Source: a virus (taxonomy: Duplodnaviria > Caudoviricetes). Taken from it: a stretch of 64,000 nucleotides of DNA. The first letter of the stretch is position 1, and the number at the start of each line of letters is the position of its first letter. The notes beneath the pieces were generated by a model, which did no database searches, had not been told where the DNA came from, and saw only the letters and a program-made list of their open reading frames with translations. Both the position numbers and the translations under genes were made by a program. This document shows positions 20,101 through 29,435 of this stretch, piece by piece. The stretch is from positions 63,206 through 127,205 of the IMG/VR virus record IMGVR_UViG_3300002220_000189; one strand, given 5' to 3'.

Positions 20101-20325
20101 TATTGGGCTTTTAGTTAAATCAGTTTTTTTCAATCCACTCATATAATTTTTATATTCTTTTAATCGCATTTGTTCTAAATCAGGCGTTTTAATTGTAGGT
20201 GTTTTGCCTGAAACTCTAGGCATAGATGTAGGATAATCCATGCTATTAACAGTTTTAGCTAAACTCTTTATAGCAAAAGTTAAATCTTTTACCATATCTC
20301 CAGTAATTGGTGCTGAAAACCCCAT
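17143..20325 (-). CDS. Tape-measure/hub-like protein with an M15 peptidase domain and a lytic transglycosylase (SLT) domain
   Basis: SAYRS...SFHNYGMAIDI...DPVHIQ (M15); IIQTESNFN...FGLMQL...AYNAG (SLT); helical and hydrophobic N half. Confidence 0.75.
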   Translation of the reverse strand: MGFSAPITGDMVKDLTFAIKSLAKTVNSMDYPTSMPRVSGKTPTIKTPDLEQMRLKEYKNYMSGLKKTDLTKSPIFKKIISSNVGLFFAKLSTQFKYQTERLFDSLKGVYNKFFGELFGDLYREVEPFVNVLKSSGDYLRKMLLEPLLKIFPKLMLGIGALISSPYIKIKKGIDNTSILQKTEKLVISEKKQEGLLKKIVKSLSTQWKERKSVIKTFDPEGKKTLKSTFKTYFGKKISPYKEAIERRFNLKYLKGIYESQDRPVEKMKALMSPFLLKKSWDPYGGSWKEQLKKLYIKKKSGDDDGEGIISKTFNFIKTSKLLKTISFVVGGATFAWAALGKHSEETREKIRSIWNSFKNFFVDYIYTPFIGWFKEYFGVEGEGFTLIVNSLKALAGKIIDSSIDLTKWMWEVFTKAWNESDFIGKIGLVFSGFYLLQPVMGKIFDFFSSLVLFPLKAIYIYSIFSKLDNSAMLLNTAAQRLLAGAGGKDIIPGAVKTAGSLTLGTAGVAAMTAAVAAGVGYGMYKTYKDPTSVFKDDAAYATGDPPIKARRREIGDGYGPAPGYKPDFSGMNPAFMQRFKLMSDSVGNIPVTSAYRSIEEQTRMYAERQANPSKYPYGVAQPGTSFHNYGMAIDIPAATANKLEKDDKLAKFGFYRPYPVKDPVHIQMSPVSMSKDYDINAIIAKASAKYGVPESIIRGIIQTESNFNALARSKPPENSFGLMQLNSKYDDMWKTQYGVQDYFNPEQNVMAGTAYLASLLKDKRVNGDMNKAISAYNAGAGKIGINPDYIDKVTKNSGMMGTLAWKGTGIPSGTGAESGFGSMLGLMGAGAGLLGGVGAMPPIVDELLGVLASGAMMSMLSSAGLGSTTPTPAQTGDPISDIFGSISKVAPNVMGGKVKGNILNVISNSKDAMKTLKDNMKKNKGEDLRKDVNNMFSDILSTGGDTIPSPVKDMFGMMGISPMDSVKITPSEAKTTPPILSTSGAPEAIRSADKSLAMENAVPTPEIQQAASNAMISGGDSNVAMAGGGSDSSQKSNIPEPSPSILGSSPLMWLICQNSI

Positions 20326-20523
20326 TTATTTCCTCTGTGTTATATTTTTCTTCAATTTTTCATTTTCAACCTGAGTTCTCAAATCTCTTATTATCAAGTT
20401 CAAAAAAGCCTCTCTTTCAAAATCAGCAAGTTCATTACTTTCTTCAATACTTATATTAGCTTTTGTTGCTAAATAATATTGCTCCTCTGTTATGCTATGT
20501 AATGTATTACCAGAACACACCAC
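20326..20523 (-). CDS. Baseplate hub assembly protein (gp51-like)
   Basis: Short ORF after gp26; ELADFEREAFLNL. Confidence 0.55.
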   Translation of the reverse strand: MVCSGNTLHSITEEQYYLATKANISIEESNELADFEREAFLNLIIRDLRTQVENEKLKKNITQRK

Positions 20524-20528
20524 ATAGC

Positions 20529-21386
20529 TTAGGAGAAAAAATTTTCTAACGGAATTTCTTTTCTTTCTTTATGTTCACAGTGAGCACATACAACATCAAA
20601 TGAAAAATCAACACCAAAATCATTATCTTCAAACCATTTTGATATAATTTCAACACTTTTTGATGGAATATTTTCTATCAAATAAATTTTATCATCTAAA
20701 GTTAAATCTGTTTCTTCACCATCTGGTGTTACTATAGATTTTACGGTAACTGCATATGATAATGTTGACTCTTCTATCATTTTTTGGTTTTCTGTTAAGT
20801 CTGGCAGTGTTGATAAGTACTCTTTATATTCTTTTTGTAATTCTCTTGTCAAATATGTTACCCTAATTGATAACTTATCATCAAGTTTTACGATATTTCG
20901 ATCAGATTCTTGTAAAACATCATTTTTTATTTCTTCGTTGTCATCAAGAATTAATTTTCCTCCCTTTTTCATTGGAATTACTTTAGATGTTTTCTTTTTC
21001 TCAACAGGTTTTGCTAATACTTCTTTTGGAAGCTTTTTAACTTCTAATTTAGATAAATTTACTGATTGTGCAGATTGTGATTCGCATTTACTACATCTGG
21101 ATTGAAAAGAATAAGTATTTCCCTTTGTAGCCTTTCTTATTTCTAATAGTAAATAAAATCTGTCTTGAAGATATAATTCACCAACATCAAAATCCTCATC
21201 AATAACACATTCTGAAATAATATTATCTAATGATTTTTCAATACTATCCATATCTTCAGATGTTTCATAAAGAAGTAATCTCTTTATCTGACCTGTTGTG
21301 ATTGGTTTGAAAGTTACTAATTTTCCTGTTCCAGGTAATTCACTTTCAAATTCATAAAAATTTACATATTTCCTAAAATTTGACAT
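20529..21386 (-). CDS. gp26: Baseplate hub subunit
   Basis: LPGTGKLVTFKP...LLLEIR...CSKC...CAHC...LENFF. Confidence 0.8.
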   Translation of the reverse strand: MSNFRKYVNFYEFESELPGTGKLVTFKPITTGQIKRLLLYETSEDMDSIEKSLDNIISECVIDEDFDVGELYLQDRFYLLLEIRKATKGNTYSFQSRCSKCESQSAQSVNLSKLEVKKLPKEVLAKPVEKKKTSKVIPMKKGGKLILDDNEEIKNDVLQESDRNIVKLDDKLSIRVTYLTRELQKEYKEYLSTLPDLTENQKMIEESTLSYAVTVKSIVTPDGEETDLTLDDKIYLIENIPSKSVEIISKWFEDNDFGVDFSFDVVCAHCEHKERKEIPLENFFS

Positions 21387-21404
21387 ATTTTTCCTCCAAC
21401 TTTT

Positions 21405-22172
21405 TTATTTTTTTGTTTTTAATAAGTTCATTACTTCATTTGTAACAATATCAGTACCACCAGCTTGCATAAACCCACCTGCTGCCTGTTTCAACATTTC
21501 AACAATCACGCTTGGTTTATGTTCTGTCACAGTATGGTATTGATATGCAAATGTTACGTCAAATGTTGCGAACTCATTAGAACTGTAATCCAATGCCACT
21601 TGACCAATTTGTTTAGGCCATGCATTATATAATTTATAACAACTTATTTCTTCAGCAGTTTCCATTCCTATCAAATATAATAATTGATCTGACATATATG
21701 TTATTGGTTTTCCATAAGTATTAGTTTGTGGATTATGTATTATTTTTTGCCAGTCATTAAATTTCTTTAATATTTTAGCTTTATGATCTACATAAAATGT
21801 TACAGTCCATTCTGAAAATCTTTGTGTAGATGCTATTTTATATTCTTGACCACACCAAAACGATGATATTTCTTGTATAGTTGATTCTGGTAATTGTGTA
21901 GATTTAACATAATATCCAAAATCATTAGTTCCAGAACTTAATCCTACAAGATCAATACCAGAATTTGCTACTGCTAAACCGCCGGCAATACCTGCCGATG
22001 CAAGACTACCTAAATCTGTTGGTATATTGCCACCGGCCAATGCACCTTGTAAACCTGCTTGAGCAACATTACCAAATCCCGGAAATTGTATTTGAATAAA
22101 AAATAAATACGCTCTTGCATTACCGCCGAGAAATTTTGATCTAAATGAATCTATATCTATATTAAATTTCAT
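21405..22172 (-). CDS. Tail-tube-like protein (gp19/gp54 family paralogue)
   Basis: WTVTFY...YNAWPKQIGQVALDYS...FDVTFAYQY. Confidence 0.75.
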   Translation of the reverse strand: MKFNIDIDSFRSKFLGGNARAYLFFIQIQFPGFGNVAQAGLQGALAGGNIPTDLGSLASAGIAGGLAVANSGIDLVGLSSGTNDFGYYVKSTQLPESTIQEISSFWCGQEYKIASTQRFSEWTVTFYVDHKAKILKKFNDWQKIIHNPQTNTYGKPITYMSDQLLYLIGMETAEEISCYKLYNAWPKQIGQVALDYSSNEFATFDVTFAYQYHTVTEHKPSVIVEMLKQAAGGFMQAGGTDIVTNEVMNLLKTKK

Positions 22173-22789
22173 TAAAACATCCCTGCAATTTTGTTAGTTG
22201 CCTGTTTTATCAAAGATTCTGTAACAGAATCTACTCTACTCACATCAAAATATTGATATGAAAAAGTAACTTCTAGTGTCGCTATTTCACTAGAACCATA
22301 ATCTAATGTTACTTGACTCATTGCCTTAGGCCATGCTCCAAATAATTTATATGTAAAAAAAGATGATCCCTGATAATCAACTAAATGAATTTGTTGATCC
22401 TTCATATAAACATCAGGTAAACTAGTCTCGCATATTTCCATCCAATTAAAAAATCTTTCTACTATTTCACCTTTTTCATCTATATTCATTGTTACTGTCC
22501 AATCTCCATATGATGGATATCCTGCTGTCTTTAAATCAAATTTAGTATATGGTGTTACAACTTCATTCAATCCATATGATGGTAGTATTGTTGATTTTAC
22601 AAGATATGGAAATTTATCTTGTTCGGCACCTAGTCCAAATGTACTCAATACTGTTTGAGCAACAGAAAGCCATCCAGAAGATTCAGGTTTAGTAGGTTCT
22701 GGAAAAGTAAATAATACAAAGAAAAGATATTGTCTGGCACCGCCGAGAAATCTTGTTCTATAACTTTCAATATCAAAAAGTGTTTTCAT
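22172..22789 (-). CDS. Tail-tube-like protein (gp19/gp54 family paralogue)
   Basis: GGARQYLF...GAWPKAMSQVTLDY...VTFSYQY. Confidence 0.75.
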   Translation of the reverse strand: MKTLFDIESYRTRFLGGARQYLFFVLFTFPEPTKPESSGWLSVAQTVLSTFGLGAEQDKFPYLVKSTILPSYGLNEVVTPYTKFDLKTAGYPSYGDWTVTMNIDEKGEIVERFFNWMEICETSLPDVYMKDQQIHLVDYQGSSFFTYKLFGAWPKAMSQVTLDYGSSEIATLEVTFSYQYFDVSRVDSVTESLIKQATNKIAGMF

Positions 22790-22802
22790 TTTCTCCTCAA
22801 AT

Positions 22803-22844
22803 AAAAAGGTCTAAAGAGATTTTTATTTTTCCCTTTAGACCTTT
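22803..22844 (-). terminator. Probable intrinsic terminator after the tail tube gene
   Basis: Inverted repeat aaaggtctaaag/ctttagaccttt with a T-run on the minus strand. Confidence 0.6.
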
Positions 22845-22888
22845 GAGATCCGTCTAGACTAACCATGAGCCTGAGTGGGTTATATAAC

Positions 22889-22896
22889 TATTTATA
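22889..22896 (-). promoter_or_regulatory. Late promoter TATAAATA
   Basis: Exact motif, intergenic. Confidence 0.55.
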
Positions 22897-22913
22897 AAAA
22901 GTTATATAATTTT

Positions 22914-23459
22914 TTATGCAAATGTTGCTTGAACACCATATTTTGCTATATCAACTACATGATAAATATATGTAAATGTTACATCAAACTGAACAACATC
23001 ATTAGCAGAATAATCAAGATTAGCATTACCAACCATTTTTGGCCATGCGCCAAATAATTTATATTTAGTAATTGGTATACCTTCAAGATTTAGAAGTTCT
23101 ATTTGTTGATCCATCATATATTTACTTGGAACTGTATATTTATTAGTTGTTGGATCATGAATTAAAGACGCCCAGTTATGAAACATTTGTTGTATTTTTG
23201 CGTCAATGTCAACATTAAAAGTAACATTCCAATCAGAATATGTATATTTACCAGCAATTTTATAATCAAATCCCTGCCAATTCATCATAATTTCATCTGA
23301 TGATGTTTCAGGTAATGATGCCGTTCTTACCAAATATGTTGCTACTTCGGTATCAGCACCTATTACTCCCGTAGGAAATAATGGTTTAAAATAAAACAAA
23401 TACTGTCGAGCACCGCCCTGAAAATTACTTCTATAACTATCTATATCAAATTTTGGCAT
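22914..23459 (-). CDS. gp19: Tail tube protein
   Basis: Directly downstream of the sheath; GGARQYLF...GAWP...FDVTFTY. Confidence 0.88.
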   Translation of the reverse strand: MPKFDIDSYRSNFQGGARQYLFYFKPLFPTGVIGADTEVATYLVRTASLPETSSDEIMMNWQGFDYKIAGKYTYSDWNVTFNVDIDAKIQQMFHNWASLIHDPTTNKYTVPSKYMMDQQIELLNLEGIPITKYKLFGAWPKMVGNANLDYSANDVVQFDVTFTYIYHVVDIAKYGVQATFA

Positions 23460-23486
23460 ATCTTTTAAAGCCTCCTATTTTATTAC

Positions 23487-25220
23487 TTATACTGCAGTTG
23501 CCAATTCTGTAAAGCTGGCACCTGTTTTTGTTGCTATGAAATTCAGAACGATAAATTCTGCAGCTCTTGTTGGTTTAATATAAATATCACACCATAATTC
23601 ATTTCTATCAATTCGTTCAGGTGTATTATTGGTTTCATTACATACTATCATATAATCATAGATACCTCTTCTTGATTTTACATCTCTCAAGAACGGATCA
23701 ATCATGTTGATAAGTAATAATCTTGTCAAGTCGTCATTAGGTTCAAATAAGAAATATTTTGCAGCTGTTGAAATCGCCTTTTCAAGAACAATGAATAATC
23801 TTCTAACATTAATTCTATTGAAAGCTGATTCTTTATCAAGTTGTGTTTTTTGGCCCCATACAACTTTTCCTTGTCCTGAAAATGATACAATAGGATTAAC
23901 TCCAGCCTTGTAAAGAACATCTCTTTCACCTAATGTTGGATTCCATGCTAATCTTCTAACATTACTTAATAATGCTCTGTTAAGACCTGCTGGCGCAAAC
24001 CAAGGATCTGAAACATCATCTGTATTGACAAATACACCTGCCACATGACCAGATGCTGGAATCCATCTATATTTTCCATTCCATTTATCATATACTTCAA
24101 GCCAATTACCATATAGTGCTGAATAACTTGAATTTAAATTCAGTGTTTCTCTTCTATAAGTTCTCAAATCAGTAGCTTCAGAGCCTCTATTATTTATAAC
24201 ATCAGAATCTAAACAGTCTAGAACAGCTATACAATCTTTTCTTGTTTGGCAAATAGTATCAATATATTCCTTTACAGTTGTTGATTTATTTGAATCTATA
24301 AAGATATTTATATCAATTTCTTCAGGATTTGCATATAAATCCAAATCTGTCATAACAAGAGCATCTGTTACAACATCTAAAGGATCTAAAGCATTATAAT
24401 CAGAACCACCGCCAAAATCCTGATATCCATCTGATGATATTACAATATCACTATTTTTAGCATCTTCACACATAGAAATTCTAATATATTGTGATGTTTG
24501 ATTAATTATTGTTTCACAAAATGTTCTTCTTCCTTGATCATCATATCTGTTTTCCATTGTAGAAACATTAAAATATTCTTTTACAGTATATGCTGTCTCT
24601 CCTTGGTCTTTAACAGATACAACTATAAGAAAATCCTTTGCATCAAGTAACGGACTATCTATAGCTTCAATATCAGTATGTGCTTGTCCGGTTCCACAAC
24701 CAGCACCACCTGATGCTATAGAATTATATGTATTATTATCTGCTACCGCTACTCTTATATTATTTCCCCATGCACCTCTTGATATTGCAATAAGATAAAA
24801 AGGACTTGGTGATGCAACAGCAACTTCTGTTCCAAATTCATCAGGATCTTCACTATCAAAATCAGATAATTTATATGCATTATTAGTTGTAAATGCATCA
24901 AATATAGCATCAGAACCACTTGCAGCTTTTGTTCCTGCAAAAGTTGCTGATACTGGCATTGTTCTTGTACAATATAATGCATTTCCATATCTTAAAAATC
25001 CTGTAGCTGCAAGAACATCTTGATAACAATTTGCTATATTTGTTGGTTTTCCAAAAGTTCCAATAAGATTATTTGTATTTGTTATTAATACTTTCTTTCT
25101 TTCAGGTCCTTTATAAGTATTTCTTAATATAGAAACACCTATTGATGTAGCTACTGCTGGTATTGTTGTAGATAAATCAATTTCATTGACATCCACTATA
25201 GGACTCATGTAAAAAGCCAT
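23487..25220 (-). CDS. gp18: Tail sheath protein
   Basis: PWFAPAGLNR, WGQKT, FNRINVRRLF, FEPND, IYIKPTRAAEFI. Confidence 0.96.
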   Translation of the reverse strand: MAFYMSPIVDVNEIDLSTTIPAVATSIGVSILRNTYKGPERKKVLITNTNNLIGTFGKPTNIANCYQDVLAATGFLRYGNALYCTRTMPVSATFAGTKAASGSDAIFDAFTTNNAYKLSDFDSEDPDEFGTEVAVASPSPFYLIAISRGAWGNNIRVAVADNNTYNSIASGGAGCGTGQAHTDIEAIDSPLLDAKDFLIVVSVKDQGETAYTVKEYFNVSTMENRYDDQGRRTFCETIINQTSQYIRISMCEDAKNSDIVISSDGYQDFGGGSDYNALDPLDVVTDALVMTDLDLYANPEEIDINIFIDSNKSTTVKEYIDTICQTRKDCIAVLDCLDSDVINNRGSEATDLRTYRRETLNLNSSYSALYGNWLEVYDKWNGKYRWIPASGHVAGVFVNTDDVSDPWFAPAGLNRALLSNVRRLAWNPTLGERDVLYKAGVNPIVSFSGQGKVVWGQKTQLDKESAFNRINVRRLFIVLEKAISTAAKYFLFEPNDDLTRLLLINMIDPFLRDVKSRRGIYDYMIVCNETNNTPERIDRNELWCDIYIKPTRAAEFIVLNFIATKTGASFTELATAV

Positions 25221-25281
25221 CGTCTATCTTCCTCCCTATAATCTTTCAAGATTATTTATGTTTATTTCAAACTTCTATATC

Positions 25282-25289
25282 TATTTATA
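25282..25289 (-). promoter_or_regulatory. Late promoter TATAAATA for the sheath gene
   Basis: Exact motif, intergenic. Confidence 0.7.
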
Positions 25290-25335
25290 AAAATAGTTAT
25301 GAATTTTAAATTTATTTGTATTATTTATATTTTTA

Positions 25336-25830
25336 TTATAAAATTTCATATCTATCATAATATAATGTTGCATTACATTCTATATGACTTTCACCGTCTC
25401 TTACTGAAAGTGAAAGTTCTCCTAATGATTGTATCCATACATTTTTAAACATTATAACAACTTTTTCTACATTATAATTATCCATTAATTTTATTGACAT
25501 ATCGACCATATAATCTGCCGGTAATGAAGATGGTTTATCAAAATTATTACATACATATATTAACCATTTATATAATATATGCCAATTAGAAAAATCAGAA
25601 TCTACCATAAATGATACACTTAATGGATCAAAAGACATACCACCATTATGAAATAACATTTTCATTCCTTGCCATGTTGATTCTCCCTGATTTAGAGAAA
25701 TTGCTGGTAAAACTACGCTAAATAAATTTAAGCGAACAACATCCACAGCATCTAATGTTGTTTCTGTTGGTAACATAGGAATTACTAGTTGATATTGTGT
25801 CGCTGTCGCGCGATTTATATTTACTGGCAT
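25336..25830 (-). CDS. Tail tube terminator/completion protein (gp3-like)
   Basis: FDPLSVSFMVDSDFSNWHILYKW...FKNVW. Confidence 0.7.
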   Translation of the reverse strand: MPVNINRATATQYQLVIPMLPTETTLDAVDVVRLNLFSVVLPAISLNQGESTWQGMKMLFHNGGMSFDPLSVSFMVDSDFSNWHILYKWLIYVCNNFDKPSSLPADYMVDMSIKLMDNYNVEKVVIMFKNVWIQSLGELSLSVRDGESHIECNATLYYDRYEIL

Positions 25831-25833
25831 AGT

Positions 25834-26607
25834 TTAATTCTCAAAAATTTCATAATTATATAGTTTTATTGCATCCTCATCTATTTCACGACCTTCTAAA
25901 TACATAGTCTCTGCTGCTGGACTATTAGAACCGGACGTTATTACAGACTCTGTATTTCTATCTGCCCATCCATAATCATTAGTGAAAAATCTTATATTTT
26001 GTGATCCTACTGCACCAAGTTCTGTAGATGGTGTAAATAAATACCCTTGACATATAAATGATGTATCCCATTTTACTACTCTTGCTTCTTCCTCACTCGT
26101 ATCATCAGTCATTACTGGTGAACAACTCTGTAGCACAACTTTTATTTCAAGATATACATCTAACTCAGGGATATGTATTTTTATAAACGCATGTGGTGTA
26201 AAATAAGGTAATATTTGTTCATATATCTGATCAATATCAACCATATGTAATGCCCATATAGTAAGGTTAAATCCAAAATTATATGGAACCATATTTTTTG
26301 CTAATGTTGATATCATTGTCTCATCATTAGTAGAAATCTTTATAGCTTGCTGTCTGTTAGTCATTCTATTAACATCAAAATCAATTCCTGACATAATTAC
26401 TGAGATCATTGGAAGCATTTCTTCATTTCTACCCAATTCTTTTAAAAACATATATGCTTTAGTTTTAGGTCCAAATCTTATAGGAACAACAACTTGTCTT
26501 AATAAAACACCGTTAATGTCATATCTTCCAATCTGAATATCATTGAAAATATCAAGAAATCCGATTATTGTTTTTCTAATTATCTTGTAATAATAATATT
26601 GCCTCAT
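25834..26607 (-). CDS. gp15: Tail sheath stabiliser
   Basis: FNDIQI...VPIRFGPK...LPMIS...VPYNF...QIYEQILPYFTP. Confidence 0.9.
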   Translation of the reverse strand: MRQYYYYKIIRKTIIGFLDIFNDIQIGRYDINGVLLRQVVVPIRFGPKTKAYMFLKELGRNEEMLPMISVIMSGIDFDVNRMTNRQQAIKISTNDETMISTLAKNMVPYNFGFNLTIWALHMVDIDQIYEQILPYFTPHAFIKIHIPELDVYLEIKVVLQSCSPVMTDDTSEEEARVVKWDTSFICQGYLFTPSTELGAVGSQNIRFFTNDYGWADRNTESVITSGSNSPAAETMYLEGREIDEDAIKLYNYEIFEN

Positions 26608-26610
26608 AAA

Positions 26611-26835
26611 TTATTTTTCCTTAAATCCAAGACATTTTCCATCTGCATCCAAAAAAACATCCATACAACCACATTGATATACACCGGGTATAGGACTAAC
26701 ATTAAATTTACATTCACCATTATTACAGGTAAGGCCAACTTTTCTTAATAAACATCCTTGCGGCGTCCATTTCTTACATTCTGTCGCTTCACAAAAATAT
26801 CTACCAAATTCTTTTTTCCAAGTTTTTTCAATCAT
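26611..26835 (-). CDS. Small Cys-rich hypothetical protein
   Basis: 8 Cys in 74 aa. Confidence 0.55.
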   Translation of the reverse strand: MIEKTWKKEFGRYFCEATECKKWTPQGCLLRKVGLTCNNGECKFNVSPIPGVYQCGCMDVFLDADGKCLGFKEK

Positions 26836-26836
26836 T

Positions 26837-27445
26837 TTATTTAACCTTTAAAAATAATATCAATGCTTTGTGATAGTTACCACCGGCATCTTTTTTTGTT
26901 TCAATTTCAGTTTTCTTCTCTATATCAAAATATTTTTCACATTCTTTTATAAAATCATCTTTATTCGCTACTTTATCATCAGTATTACCGCCAATATACA
27001 CATATATAACAGCATTTCCATCATCTGTAAGAACTCTTCTCACCTCTTTTAATGATTTTTTATAATCTGTTGAATGTAATACAGATAATGAATATACGAA
27101 ATCAAATTGTTTATCATTATACTTCAGTTTTTCCGCATCACCAATATCAAATTTAATACGTGATTGTATTGTTTTATTCTGTTTCTTTAAATTATTATTA
27201 GCTAATTTTATAACATCTGCAACAATATCAATTCCTATAACTTTCTTAGAATATTGTGCGAGATAGAATGTATCTATTCCAGCAGCACACCCTATTTCAA
27301 GAACATTATTAAAGTTACCATACTTATTTACAACAGATTTTGTAAGTCTGCTTACTTCTTTATCTACCCAATGATCATCATCGGAATTATAAACATCTTC
27401 CCAAAACTCTTTTTCTGATTCATTGATAAAATTTAATAATCTCAT
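26837..27445 (-). CDS. Class I SAM-dependent methyltransferase
   Basis: VLEIGCAAG, GIDI, GDAEKL...FDFVYS...LH...RVL. Confidence 0.88.
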   Translation of the reverse strand: MRLLNFINESEKEFWEDVYNSDDDHWVDKEVSRLTKSVVNKYGNFNNVLEIGCAAGIDTFYLAQYSKKVIGIDIVADVIKLANNNLKKQNKTIQSRIKFDIGDAEKLKYNDKQFDFVYSLSVLHSTDYKKSLKEVRRVLTDDGNAVIYVYIGGNTDDKVANKDDFIKECEKYFDIEKKTEIETKKDAGGNYHKALILFLKVK

Positions 27446-27486
27446 TTATTTCCCTTTTGGTTTTTCAATTTTCATAAATTACCTTT

Positions 27487-27657
27487 TTATTTTGTTTCTT
27501 CAAATTCAATAATAATTTTATATGGATTTTTTCCTGAATTAAAAGGTGAGTATACTGAACCTGATCTACATTCACCATATACTCTTACTATTTTATATTC
27601 TAATATGAAATTTATTACTTCTTCTGTAAGTTTATCAATTTTTTCTTCAATTTTCAT
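27487..27657 (-). CDS. Hypothetical 56-aa protein (not in the ORF track)
   Basis: MKIEEKIDKLTEEVINF...FEETK; AGGAG ribosome-binding site and late promoter upstream. Confidence 0.55.
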   Translation of the reverse strand: MKIEEKIDKLTEEVINFILEYKIVRVYGECRSGSVYSPFNSGKNPYKIIIEFEETK

Positions 27658-27673
27658 ATTATCTAATCTCCTT

Positions 27674-27681
27674 TATTTATA
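27674..27681 (-). promoter_or_regulatory. Late promoter TATAAATA
   Basis: Exact motif, intergenic. Confidence 0.6.
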
Positions 27682-27721
27682 AAATCATAAACTCAAAATC
27701 GAACCCCATGTCAATAGCACC

Positions 27722-28456
27722 TTAAATATTTCCCATATTGAGAATTTTGAACATCATATCACCAAATAACATCATAAATGCAATACTATATCCATAGATC
27801 GAGCTGTCAACACTATTATCTATCTCTTTATTTTCATCAATCCAAGTATTATCACCATAACCAGTAATACTTGGAGTAGTTGTATCCCAAGGTTGTGTAT
27901 CATCAATATCATAAGATGCCAATCTTGCAGAATCTGATTCTTCTGAAAATCTGTAAGGAATCATATTGAAAACATATACTAAACTCCTATATTGAAAAAT
28001 ACTTGTATCTTGTGCAACGTGAATAATCTCAAATGCTCTACCCGCATCAATAGGATCATCAGTAAAATCCCACGGATACATCGGAATTCTTACCACATCA
28101 CCAACTTTAGGAACCTCAGTTTGACTAACATCCCTTTTATATACTGAACGAGGAATATATGCGATAATAGTATCTTGAGACATAACACCAAACATACTAT
28201 ATACTGTAGGAATTTCACCTATTTCATATATAATTTTTGTTTTTCTAGCCTCTTTATATTCTACATCTTGCTTTTCACCATATAAAGGATCGGATAAAAC
28301 AGATTGATCAGAAATTAAATAATAACATTCTATTCCTGTAATATCTGTATATTCAGTTACGAGATTTTCTCCAAATTGATATTCTGGATTATCAATAATA
28401 TCATAAAATCTCCACATTGGGCGATTCATTCCAGATAACGGTCTTCGGATAGCCAT
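27722..28456 (-). CDS. gp14: Neck protein
   Basis: DPLYGE...FG...PKVGDVV...FEIIHV; follows gp13. Confidence 0.75.
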   Translation of the reverse strand: MAIRRPLSGMNRPMWRFYDIIDNPEYQFGENLVTEYTDITGIECYYLISDQSVLSDPLYGEKQDVEYKEARKTKIIYEIGEIPTVYSMFGVMSQDTIIAYIPRSVYKRDVSQTEVPKVGDVVRIPMYPWDFTDDPIDAGRAFEIIHVAQDTSIFQYRSLVYVFNMIPYRFSEESDSARLASYDIDDTQPWDTTTPSITGYGDNTWIDENKEIDNSVDSSIYGYSIAFMMLFGDMMFKILNMGNI

Positions 28457-28611
28457 TTATTTCTTCCTTTTTGCATTTCTTAATTTTTGTTTATGTTCTT
28501 CAGAAAAAATTCTACCTTTCATTTTTTGCTTAGTTTCTTCAGTATGTTTTTTACCATACATAGGATTTGTTTTCTTGGATCAAGATATACATAAATGTAA
28601 AAATTTATCAT
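28457..28611 (-). pseudogene. Internally deleted GIY-YIG/NUMOD3 homing endonuclease remnant
   Basis: MINFYIYVYLDPRK joined out of frame to NPMYGKKHTEETKQKMKGRIFSEEHKQKL. Confidence 0.7.
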
Positions 28612-28635
28612 AATTCCATAACCATCGAAAAATCC

Positions 28636-29415
28636 TTATCCCACAAAAATTCCCCATCCCTCATATGTTTCTTCATCTCTAAGAGTAACTTCCAATTTTT
28701 CTAATTCTGCTTGACCCTCATTCAATAAATCACTACCATCTAAAGCTAATCCTGTATTACTTCCTACAGCTGTAAAATTAGCAAACTTACTCCTTACTCT
28801 ACCTAATGAAATTTTACTTAATGCTGTTACATAATCTAATATCCAAATATTTCCATATAAATCAGTATTTTCACCTTCTATCATATAAGATCTAATAAGA
28901 ATAAATCCTGGAGAATCATATATAATACCATTTACACTTAATGAGCCTCCAGAAGGGGGAGTAGGTTGAATTTCTAATATATTTGTATATTTATGATATT
29001 TAAAGTTATAAGCATCTACAACATATCTTTTTACAGTTTCTAAAAAATCTCTTGCTATATGGTATGATACTAATGTATAACCAGAACCACCTGCACCTCT
29101 CATTAATAATTGATCATACATTCCCATATTATATAAATAATTTTCCATTGTGAATAATGTATGTATAGATCCTGCTGATCTACTTTCATAACCCAAAACA
29201 TCAACAACACCTTCTGGCATATCATATTCGGTAACACCTGCAGAAAGCATTAAAGTAAAGAAATGTTCTTGTGTTGCATTACCAACCGCCCATTTTATAA
29301 ATTTTTCCCTTGCATAATCAATATTATCATTAATTTGAGAATCATCAAGCTCCACCTTAATCATCGGACTCCCCAAACGGCGTTTAACTTTTTCTACAAG
29401 ATCACTTTTCTTCAT
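28636..29415 (-). CDS. gp13: Neck protein
   Basis: RRLGSPMIKVELDDSQI...WILDYVTALSK...SKF...LDG. Confidence 0.9.
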   Translation of the reverse strand: MKKSDLVEKVKRRLGSPMIKVELDDSQINDNIDYAREKFIKWAVGNATQEHFFTLMLSAGVTEYDMPEGVVDVLGYESRSAGSIHTLFTMENYLYNMGMYDQLLMRGAGGSGYTLVSYHIARDFLETVKRYVVDAYNFKYHKYTNILEIQPTPPSGGSLSVNGIIYDSPGFILIRSYMIEGENTDLYGNIWILDYVTALSKISLGRVRSKFANFTAVGSNTGLALDGSDLLNEGQAELEKLEVTLRDEETYEGWGIFVG

Positions 29416-29435
29416 ATTTTATTCCTTTTATATAT

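Noticed and set aside
21405-23459. Three tail-tube paralogues as a novelty
   Set aside because: T4-like phages normally encode tube-fold paralogues (gp19, gp54, gp48, gp3)
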